This document shows, in pieces, positions 15,799 through 22,742 of a stretch of 24,204 nt of DNA. Position 1 is the stretch's first letter, and each line of letters begins with the position of its first letter. The notes below the pieces were generated by a model. That model made no database searches, had not been told where the DNA came from, and saw nothing but the letters and a program-made list of their open reading frames with translations. The translations under genes were made by a program, and so were the position numbers. This DNA is from Pikeienuella sp. (GTDB lineage Bacteria > Pseudomonadota > Alphaproteobacteria > Rhodobacterales > Rhodobacteraceae): the NCBI GenBank assembly GCA_047974395.1, contig JBKECG010000326.1, forward strand, positions 1-24,204. The letters are read 5' to 3'.

Positions 15799-15841
15799 TC
15801 GCATATCTCGCAGTTGCAATATTTTTTTGCTGCATATGCGA
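15799..15841. promoter_or_regulatory. Imperfect inverted repeat TCGCATAT-[CTCGCAGTTGCAA-T9-GCTGCA]-ATATGCGA in the phasin promoter region (candidate PhaR-type operator)
   Basis: 8-bp outer arms are perfect reverse complements. Inner TGCA-containing half sites flank a T9 tract. Located 73-115 nt upstream of the phasin ATG. Confidence 0.4.
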
Positions 15842-15875
15842 AAAGAAATCGGGCGACTTGCGCGGCCTGCGCCAT

Positions 15876-15892
15876 ATGTTACAAGATAACAT
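15876..15892. promoter_or_regulatory. Zur-box-like palindrome ATGTTA-CAAGA-TAACAT upstream of zur-znuCB
   Basis: Perfect 6-bp AT-rich inverted arms in an otherwise GC-rich region, 20 nt upstream of the zur ATG. It is also in the region upstream of the divergent phasin promoter. Confidence 0.5.
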
Positions 15893-15911
15893 CGTAATTC
15901 CGGGAACGCCG

Positions 15912-16397
15912 ATGAACGACGCGAACCATAATCCGGCGGCGATGGCGGCGCATGACCACGCCGCCTGCATCCGCCATGTGCTGGGCGAAGCCGAGGCCGC
16001 CGGGATCAATTTCACCCCCGTGCGCCTGCGCGCGCTTGAGATATTGCTGGAAAGCCACGCCGCGCTCGGCGCCTATGAGCTGCTGAAGCGGCTGGAGGCG
16101 GAAGGATTCGGCGGTCAGCCGCCTGTCGCCTACCGGGCGCTGGATTTCCTTGTCGCCCACGGTTTCGCCCATCGGATCGAGCGGCTGAACGCCTTCGTCG
16201 CCTGCATGCGCCCCGGCGAAGGGCATGATCCGGCCTTCATGATCTGCCGGCGCTGCCGCGCGGTGGCCGAGACCGAGGCCGACCCGGCCCGCGACGCGCT
16301 AGGCCGCGACGCGCGGGCGGCCGGGTTCGAGATCGAGCGCACCATGGTGGAGATCGAAGGACTTTGCCCGAAATGCCGCGCGGGCGCGCCGTCATGA
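15912..16397 (+). CDS. zur: Fur-family zinc uptake regulator Zur
   Basis: 161 aa from ATG 15912. Winged-helix N-terminus, HxxC...CxxC metal sites (CMRPGEGHD..., CRRCRAVAE, CPKCR). Immediately upstream of znuC with an ATGA overlap. The track ORF starts at TTG 15858 and would read through the Zur box. Confidence 0.8.
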   Translation: MNDANHNPAAMAAHDHAACIRHVLGEAEAAGINFTPVRLRALEILLESHAALGAYELLKRLEAEGFGGQPPVAYRALDFLVAHGFAHRIERLNAFVACMRPGEGHDPAFMICRRCRAVAETEADPARDALGRDARAAGFEIERTMVEIEGLCPKCRAGAPS

Positions 16398-17158
16398 CCC
16401 TGATCCGGGCGGAGGCGCTGTCGGCGCAGTTCGGCGGGCGGGCGGTGCTGGATCGGGTCGATCTCTCCATCACGAAGGGAGAGATCGTGACCATTGTCGG
16501 GCCGAACGGCTCCGGCAAATCCACGCTGCTGCGCGCGCTGATCGGGGCGCTGGCGCCCAGCGGCGGGCGCGTCGCGCGCGCGCCGGGGCTGAAGATCGGC
16601 TATGTGCCGCAACGCCTGCATATCGACCCGACCATGCCGATCACCGTCAGCCGCTTCGTCGGCCTGCCCGGACGCAAGCCGATCCGCGCCGCGATCGAGG
16701 CGGCGCTGGCGGAAACCGGGGTCGCCGATCTGGCCGAGCGGCCGATGGCCGGGCTTTCAGGCGGGCAGATGCAGCGCGTGCTGCTCGCCCGCGTGCTGAC
16801 GGCGGCGCCTGATCTGCTGATTCTCGACGAACCGACCCAGGGGCTGGATCAGCCGGGAGCGGCGGAATTCTACCGGCTGATCGAACGTGTCCGCGCCCGC
16901 ACCGGCGCCGCGGTGCTGATGGTCAGCCACGATCTGCATGTGGTGATGAGCGCCTCCGACCGGGTGATCTGCCTCAACGGGCATATCTGCTGCGAAGGGG
17001 CGCCGCGCGCGGTCTCCTCCGCCCCGGAATACCGCGCGCTGTTCGGGCCGGGGACCGGGGGGGCGCTGGCGCTCTACCGGCATGATCACGACCATAGCCA
17101 CGATCACGGCCACGGCCCGGCGACCGGGGCCTGCGAACACCGGCGGGCGGAGGCGTGA
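16394..17158 (+). CDS. znuC: Zinc ABC transporter ATP-binding protein ZnuC
   Basis: Walker A GPNGSGKST, ABC signature LSGGQMQRV, Walker B LLILDEPTQGLD, and a His-rich C-terminal tail HDHDHSHDHGHG typical of ZnuC. Confidence 0.9.
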   Translation: MTLIRAEALSAQFGGRAVLDRVDLSITKGEIVTIVGPNGSGKSTLLRALIGALAPSGGRVARAPGLKIGYVPQRLHIDPTMPITVSRFVGLPGRKPIRAAIEAALAETGVADLAERPMAGLSGGQMQRVLLARVLTAAPDLLILDEPTQGLDQPGAAEFYRLIERVRARTGAAVLMVSHDLHVVMSASDRVICLNGHICCEGAPRAVSSAPEYRALFGPGTGGALALYRHDHDHSHDHGHGPATGACEHRRAEA

Positions 17159-17979
17159 TGCTGGACGATTTCCTGATTCGCGCCGGGCTCGCCGGGATCG
17201 GCGTCGCGCTGGCGGCGGGGCCGCTCGGCTGTTTCGTGGTCTGGCGGCGGATGGCCTATTTCGGCGACGCGACGGCGCATGCGGCGATCCTCGGCGTCGC
17301 GCTCAGCCTCGGCTTTTCATTCTCCATCTTCGCCGGGGTGCTGGCGACGGCGCTGATGATGGCGATCGGGGTCTCCATGCTTTCCGGGCGGGGGCTGGCG
17401 ATGGACACGCTGCTCGGCGTCGCCGCGCATGGCGCGCTGGCGGCGGGGCTGGTCGCGGTGGCGCTGGCCTCCGGCCGCCCGGTCGATCTGGAGGCCTATC
17501 TTTTCGGCGAAATCCTGATGGTGACGAAAGAGGAGCTGGCCATGATCTGGGGCGGCGGGGCGCTGGTGGTCGCGCTTCTCGCCTGGCGCTGGTCGGCGCT
17601 GCTGACCGCGACGATCAACGAGGATCTGGCCACCGCCGCCGGAATCGACCCGCGGCGCGAACGGCTGATCCTGACGCTGGCGCTGGCGCTGGTGGTGGCG
17701 GTCGCGCTGAAAGTGGTCGGCGCGCTGCTGATCACGGCGATGCTGATCATTCCCGCCGCCGCCGCCCGGCCCTTCGCCCGCGAACCGGAGCGGATGGCCG
17801 CGATCGCGGCGCTGGCCGGCGTGATCGCCGTCATCGCCGGGCTTCGCGTTTCATGGATTCTGGACACGCCTACCGGCCCGACCATCGTCGTGGTCGCGAC
17901 CGGCGTCTTTCTTCTGTCGGCGGCCGCCGGGCGCGTGATCGCCGGCGGCCGCGAGGGTCCTGACCGCCTCAGACGATGA
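17158..17979 (+). CDS. znuB: Zinc ABC transporter permease ZnuB
   Basis: Polytopic membrane protein of the ABC-3 permease family (FGDATAHAAILGVALS..., LLITAMLIIPAAAA). ATG overlaps the znuC stop (TGATG). Its last 11 nt overlap the 3' end of the convergent RTX gene. Confidence 0.88.
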   Translation: MLDDFLIRAGLAGIGVALAAGPLGCFVVWRRMAYFGDATAHAAILGVALSLGFSFSIFAGVLATALMMAIGVSMLSGRGLAMDTLLGVAAHGALAAGLVAVALASGRPVDLEAYLFGEILMVTKEELAMIWGGGALVVALLAWRWSALLTATINEDLATAAGIDPRRERLILTLALALVVAVALKVVGALLITAMLIIPAAAARPFAREPERMAAIAALAGVIAVIAGLRVSWILDTPTGPTIVVVATGVFLLSAAAGRVIAGGREGPDRLRR

Positions 17980-20900
17980 GCATGCCTTCGAGCGTGTTGA
18001 AGGCGCCGGCGTCCAGCATGATCTCGATGGCGCTGGAGCCCGCCGGCTGCTGGATGGTCAGCACCGCGCTGTAGCCGCTCTCCAGACTGATGGAGAAACC
18101 CGTCTCGTTATGGAGCCGCGCCAGATCGTTCAGCGAGCTCACATCATAGGACGTGCCGTTCTGGAAGCCGTTCTTGAAGGTCCCCCGCTCGAACAGGCGG
18201 AGGAAGATCACATCCCCCTCCCGGTAGGAGCTGGTGAGATCGACATCGACGAAGGTGTCGTCGACGCCGCGGGTCAGGCTGTTGCCGAAGATGGCGAAGC
18301 GGTCATGGCCGCCGCCGCCGATCAGGGTGTCGGAGCCGTTCCCACCGATCAGCGTGTCGTTGCCGGCGCCGCCTTCAAGCCAGTCGTCGCCGTTCCGGCC
18401 CTCCAGAAGATCGGCCCGCGACCGGCCGATCATCACATTGTCGCCGGTCGAGCCGATCACCCGCCCGCCATTCGCCGAACCGTAATGGGTGATCGGGCCG
18501 ATATCGCCCTGGGTGACGCGATAGGCGCTCTCCGTCCCCATGCCGGTGATCCTGAGCGAAACGTCATCGCCGTTCTTGTCGTCCAGCGAGAACGAGATCG
18601 TCAGCAGCCCGTCAGGCCCCATCCTGGCGTCCGCATAGGATTGCGAGGCCAGCCGGGTGAGATCCGCCAGCGAGTCGAGCTCCACCGCCGTGCCGGCCGC
18701 ATGGCCGGCCGGGGTCCCGAGCCCGGCGGCGGTGAAAAAGCCCGCCGGGAAGCCTTCGAGCAATATCGTCTCGCCGGCGGCGAAATCCGGGGCGCTGATG
18801 CTGATGTCGCGCGGGCCGCCGGAGGAGCCGCCCGTCCCGGTCTCGATCCGGGCGCGAAGGCCGTCGATGCCGTCGCCCTGAAGGGTCGTGGCGAAATCCG
18901 TCACGCCGTCTCCGTTCAGGTCGAAGCTGATGGTCGCCCGGTTCGTCGCGAAGGCGAACCGGGCGAAGCCATGGGAGGCGAGCTCGACCAGCCCGTCCTG
19001 GCTGTCGATCACCAGACCGCGCCCGCCATCCGTGACGCGCAGCGCCCCGGTTCCGGTGACGCCGAGACGCGGGAAGGAGGTTTCGGCGCGCAGATAGATG
19101 CTGTCGCCCTGGGCGAAATCGAGATCGGCGATGCGGTCGTTCCCGATCGCGGCGTTGCCGAACCCGTAAAGGTCGAACCGGTCGGCGCCGGCCCCACCAT
19201 AGAGAACATCGTCTCCGATCAGGCCCCAGAACACGTCATTGCCCGCCCCGCCAAGCAGCACGTCGTCGCCATTATATCCGATGAGCGTGTCATTGCCGGC
19301 GGCGCCGGAGAGGATGTTGTCGCCCGCGTCGCCGCGGATGATCTGGTTGGTCGCACCGGATCCGCCGTTTCCACCGCCGGAACCGCCACCGGTCTCGCCG
19401 CCACCCGTCTCTCCACCGCCGGTTTCGCCACCGCCGGTCTCGCCGCCGCCGGTTTCACCCCCGCCGGTTTCACCGCCGCCAGTCTCGCCGCCGGGGCCGC
19501 CGCTGACCATGTCGCCATAGCCGGTGAGCCGCAGGATGTAATCCACCCCGCTGACGCCATCGAGATTGAAGCGAAGCTCCAGATCGCCCGCCGATGTCTC
19601 GACCGAGGTGACCTTGTCGCTCCTGAGGAGTTCCCGGATGTCGGCGTTATCCGCGAGCACGGCGACGCTGCGGGTCTTGATGACGGTCATGGCGTTGCTG
19701 CTGTCCAGACCATCGTCGAAGAAATAGGCGGGGAAACCATCGCCGAACAGGATGTAGTCGCCCTGGCCGAAATTCAGATCGGTGATGATGTCGGTCTCGA
19801 CCGCGCGCCCGGCCGGCGCGGTCAGGCTGAAACCGTCGCCGCGCGCGCCGCCGGTCATGGTGTCGTTGCCGACGCCGCCATAAAGCGTGTCGATCCCGGC
19901 GCCGCCGGTGAGACGGTCATTGCCCGCCCCGCCGATCAGCTTGCTGGAGCCGCCATTCGCGGTCAGCACGTTATTCCCGGCGTTTCCCGAAACATCCCCC
20001 GGCGCGGTCGTGGGAATCTTCGACGCCGCCTCGATCAGCCAGGGAGCGAGATTCCTGGCGCCGCCGATGCTCGCGCCGATCAGATCGGTGATGTCGGTGA
20101 TGACGCCGTTCTGAAGGTCGGGGTACAGTCTGCCCCAGTAATTCGACAGTTTGTCGTCGATCGTGAGCAGGGCGTTGTTGCCGATGACGATATCGCGGGC
20201 CGCCATTTCACGGCCGTCGAGATAGAAGACCCGGACGCCATCCTCGCCGCGGTGACCCACGACGACATTGTTCTGAACCAGAGTGTCATCGGGCAGGCGG
20301 CCGCGGGTCAGGTCATAGCCGCCCCCGGAAAGCGGGCGGGCGTCGGTCGTGACCGTGATCCAGGGCAGACCCATGGTGGTGGTCGGCGCGCTGAGATCCT
20401 GCGGCGCCGGCAGCAGCGTGTTGTTGGTGATCGTGGCGCCTTCGACATCGCTGACGAAAATCGCGTTCGGATGCGCGGTGCTGATGATGTTGTCGCGGAT
20501 CACGAAATCGGTGAATTTCATCCCGCTGTTGCTGGCGTTGACGGTCGTGTTCATGCGGCCGAAAATCGCCTGCAGCGGGGCGCCGCCGCCCTGAAGGAAG
20601 GCGTTTCCGGTGATCTCGAACCCGTTGACGCCCTTGGTCCCGTTGGTGCCGTAATACTGGATGAAGTCGGCGTGATCGGCGACCGCCCTGTCCCAGGGCA
20701 CGGACAGCGGGTGGAAATTGTCGAAGAGATTGTCCGCGACCCGCACATTGGAGGCGTCGGTGACGATGAGGCCATCGACCCTGATGTCGTGGAGACGCGA
20801 ATTCGTCATGTCGAACCCGTCGACATCCTGAATCACGATCCCGGTCCGCACCGTGGAGACGTCCACATTGTCGAGGGTGATGCCGCCGCTCTGACGGAAG

Positions 20901-21346
20901 ACCATGCCCAGACCGAAGGCGTGGCCCTCGACATTCTGGGAATAGTTGTCGGCGGAAAGCTCCTCATAGGGGATGCCGTCCTCGGAGGTCGCTATGCGCC
21001 CGGCCACGACGACATCCTTGACCGTGATATTGCTCGAGTCGGTCGTGTACAGTTGCGCCATCCAGGAGGCGGGTTCGTCATCGGCGAGTCGCAATTCGAT
21101 ATTGTCGAAGACCACGCCGTTGCAGTTCTGGAGCCAGATCCGCCCGTCGATGGTCGTGGGCGAGTCGGGATTCGCGCTGGTGATCGTGACCGGCGGATTG
21201 AAGTTGAGACCCTTGACGGTGAGGGCGTTGTAATCGCCCTCGACCAGTTCGATACGCTCACCGCCTCTTGCGGACTGGAGCGCCGCTTTCAACTCATCGC
21301 TGTTTCGTACTCGTATAGCCACGTGGGTTTGCTCCGATTTCTGCAT
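17969..21346 (-). CDS. Large secreted-type protein: N-terminal right-handed parallel beta-helix domain plus four reiterated RTX Ca-binding (GGxGxD) blocks, each followed by a T1SS C-terminal-target-like module (DxIxDLxFxxGDxIxL). Likely a type I secretion substrate.
   Basis: About 1125 aa, no signal peptide. Residues about 1-420 show PbH1-like beta-helix turns (NxxxxN/D ladders, ITGNAF, IRDNII). The C-terminal part shows GGAGNDRLTGGAGIDTLYGGVGNDTMTGGARGD, GAAGNDTLIGYNGDDVLLGGAGNDVFWGLIGDDVLYGGAGADRF, GRNGDDWLEGGAGNDTLIGGNGSDTLIGGGGHDRF. A (GGGET)7 linker sits between modules 1 and 2. Start is uncertain between ATG 21346 and TTG 21352. Confidence 0.85.
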   Translation of the reverse strand: MQKSEQTHVAIRVRNSDELKAALQSARGGERIELVEGDYNALTVKGLNFNPPVTITSANPDSPTTIDGRIWLQNCNGVVFDNIELRLADDEPASWMAQLYTTDSSNITVKDVVVAGRIATSEDGIPYEELSADNYSQNVEGHAFGLGMVFRQSGGITLDNVDVSTVRTGIVIQDVDGFDMTNSRLHDIRVDGLIVTDASNVRVADNLFDNFHPLSVPWDRAVADHADFIQYYGTNGTKGVNGFEITGNAFLQGGGAPLQAIFGRMNTTVNASNSGMKFTDFVIRDNIISTAHPNAIFVSDVEGATITNNTLLPAPQDLSAPTTTMGLPWITVTTDARPLSGGGYDLTRGRLPDDTLVQNNVVVGHRGEDGVRVFYLDGREMAARDIVIGNNALLTIDDKLSNYWGRLYPDLQNGVITDITDLIGASIGGARNLAPWLIEAASKIPTTAPGDVSGNAGNNVLTANGGSSKLIGGAGNDRLTGGAGIDTLYGGVGNDTMTGGARGDGFSLTAPAGRAVETDIITDLNFGQGDYILFGDGFPAYFFDDGLDSSNAMTVIKTRSVAVLADNADIRELLRSDKVTSVETSAGDLELRFNLDGVSGVDYILRLTGYGDMVSGGPGGETGGGETGGGETGGGETGGGETGGGETGGGETGGGSGGGNGGSGATNQIIRGDAGDNILSGAAGNDTLIGYNGDDVLLGGAGNDVFWGLIGDDVLYGGAGADRFDLYGFGNAAIGNDRIADLDFAQGDSIYLRAETSFPRLGVTGTGALRVTDGGRGLVIDSQDGLVELASHGFARFAFATNRATISFDLNGDGVTDFATTLQGDGIDGLRARIETGTGGSSGGPRDISISAPDFAAGETILLEGFPAGFFTAAGLGTPAGHAAGTAVELDSLADLTRLASQSYADARMGPDGLLTISFSLDDKNGDDVSLRITGMGTESAYRVTQGDIGPITHYGSANGGRVIGSTGDNVMIGRSRADLLEGRNGDDWLEGGAGNDTLIGGNGSDTLIGGGGHDRFAIFGNSLTRGVDDTFVDVDLTSSYREGDVIFLRLFERGTFKNGFQNGTSYDVSSLNDLARLHNETGFSISLESGYSAVLTIQQPAGSSAIEIMLDAGAFNTLEGMLIV
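19391..19495. repeat. 15-bp tandem repeat x7 (GGTYTCRCCNCCGCC) inside the RTX gene, encoding (GGGET)7
   Basis: Seven consecutive 15-nt units are visible directly (ggtctcgccgccacc / cgtctctccaccgcc / ggtttcgccaccgcc / ggtctcgccgccgcc / ggtttcacccccgcc / ggtttcaccgccgcc / agtctcgccgccggg). In-frame, so copy-number changes would keep the reading frame. Confidence 0.85.
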
Positions 21347-21352
21347 TCCCAA

Positions 21353-21805
21353 AGAACCGCCTTTGACGTCCGGTTGGCGTCACCATGTTCCTGGGGTTGC
21401 GGGATTTTGCGAATGCGTGCCTTCTCAGATTGGCCCCACGCACTTTGGGTAGCACATTTCTCAGGTTTGATAAAGTCCAATGCTCGCATTAGTTGCTGTA
21501 GGCGATAAATATCTGGCTACTTCACACCCGGATTTTCCAGTTGAATTCCATACGCAAGACACACGCCAATCGTCGATGTCGGGCCGACGCTACGACGCGA
21601 TGACCCGCCTGACGACGACCTTTCGATAACTGTTAACTTCATCAAGGTCTAGATTGACTTATCTAACTATTTTTATCAATTTCTTACACCCCCTCGGCTT
21701 TGGCGTCAGCGCGCCCGAACGCCGGAGAGAGACGCTGACGAGCCGGATCGCAGGCCATATCATCGCCTGCAACCCCTGCGCGCCCGCCGGGTACGGAGCC
21801 GAACC
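21353..21805. other. AT-rich (GC well below the ~68% window average) intergenic island between the divergent RTX gene and bfd-bfr. Probable dual promoter/operator region.
   Basis: A marked compositional drop is visible by eye. It contains TTGACT (21654-21659) with downstream A/T-rich hexamers, the palindrome TAGAT-N6-ATCTA (21650-21665), a GTTAAC core (GATAACTGTTAAC, 21625-21637) and the inverted repeat GCAGGC-N9-GCCTGC (21750-21770). Confidence 0.6.
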
Positions 21806-22051
21806 ATGATCGTCTGCTCATGCGCGGGAATCAGCACCAGGGATATCCGCACCGCCATCGCCTGGATGCGCGCCGCCGATCCGACCGCGATCGTCACCCC
21901 CGGGAAAGTTTACCGCGCCCTCGGCAAGACGCCTGATTGCGGTGGCTGTATGCGTCTGTTCGTGGATAATGTGCGGGCCGAGTTGACCAAAGACCCACCC
22001 GAAGAACTGCGCGGTTTGCGCAGCGGCAGGCAAACAGGAGAAGGCCCATGA
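21806..22051 (+). CDS. bfd: Bacterioferritin-associated ferredoxin (2Fe-2S)
   Basis: 81 aa starting [10 protein letters not shown] with downstream CGGC. The four-Cys pattern C-x-C...C-x-x-C is typical of Bfd. Stop overlapped by the bfr ATG (ATGA). Confidence 0.85.
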   Translation: MIVCSCAGISTRDIRTAIAWMRAADPTAIVTPGKVYRALGKTPDCGGCMRLFVDNVRAELTKDPPEELRGLRSGRQTGEGP

Positions 22052-22533
22052 AAGGCGACGCGAAAGCCATCGAATACCTTAATCGCGCGCTGAAAAGCGA
22101 ATTGACGGCGATCAGCCAGTACTGGTTGCATTACCGGCTCCAGAAGGACTGGGGCGTCGGCAAACTCGCGAAGAAATCCCGCGAGGAGAGCATCGAGGAG
22201 ATGAATCACGCCGACAAGCTGGTCGACAGAATCATCTTCCTCGAAGGTCACCCGAACCTGCAGTCGCTCGATCCGCTGCGAATCGGCGAGACCGTGAAAG
22301 AATCTCTGGAATGCGATCTCGCCGCCGAACAGGACGCCCGCGCGCTGTATCAGGAGGCCCGCGCCCATTGCGAAAAGGTCGGCGATTACGTCTCCAAGGC
22401 GCTGTTCGAGGAGCTCATGGCCGACGAGGAGGGCCATATCGACTTCCTTGAGACGCAGCTCGACCTTCTGAACATGATCGGCGAGGAGAAATACCTCCAG
22501 CTCAACGCCGAATCCGCCGATATCGCGGCCTGA
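22048..22533 (+). CDS. bfr: Bacterioferritin
   Basis: 161 aa with [36 protein letters not shown]... and ferroxidase-centre residues ([17 protein letters not shown]). Classic Bfr. Confidence 0.93.
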   Translation: MKGDAKAIEYLNRALKSELTAISQYWLHYRLQKDWGVGKLAKKSREESIEEMNHADKLVDRIIFLEGHPNLQSLDPLRIGETVKESLECDLAAEQDARALYQEARAHCEKVGDYVSKALFEELMADEEGHIDFLETQLDLLNMIGEEKYLQLNAESADIAA

Positions 22534-22541
22534 ACCGCGCC

Positions 22542-22568
22542 CGCGCGCCGTCCGCCGGGCGGCGCGCG
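22542..22568 (+). terminator. GC-rich hairpin after bfr (weak intrinsic terminator candidate)
   Basis: 9-bp perfect stem CGCGCGCCG / CGGCGCGCG with a 9-nt loop, 10 nt after the bfr stop. The downstream tract CAAAUACCUG is not U-rich, hence low confidence. Confidence 0.3.
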
Positions 22569-22662
22569 CAAATACCTGCGGTTGAATAAGCCGATTTACC
22601 TACAGCCGCAGGCCAGCGCCCGCCCGCGCTGCGGCCAAAGGGGGTTGACGGCGCCGGCGCGG

Positions 22663-22681
22663 GGGCGGGATGTTCCCGCCC
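22663..22681. promoter_or_regulatory. Perfect inverted repeat GGGCGGGA-TGT-TCCCGCCC upstream of the Liv-type SBP gene (candidate operator)
   Basis: 8-bp perfect arms with a 3-nt spacer, about 60 nt upstream of ATG 22743. TTGACG at 22645-22650 lies just upstream. Confidence 0.4.
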
Positions 22682-22742
22682 GAGACAGCCGGGGGCGCGA
22701 AAGACGGCGATGCGCCGCGTCCTGACCGACAGGAGTTCCTTG

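Noticed and set aside
19391-19495. CRISPR-like array
   Set aside because: Repeats are 15 bp, contiguous without spacers, in frame inside a coding region. This is a coding tandem repeat, not a CRISPR.
18110-21508. 1132-aa ORF on the plus strand antisense to the RTX gene
   Set aside because: Shadow ORF. The minus-strand frame contains coherent beta-helix and RTX motifs, whereas the plus-strand frame is repetitive Ala/Gly/Arg/Asp filler.
21479-21628. 49-aa AT-rich ORF inside the AT-rich island
   Set aside because: No Shine-Dalgarno, codon usage alien to the genome, and the region is better explained as regulatory DNA. Kept only as a note in the AT-island finding.
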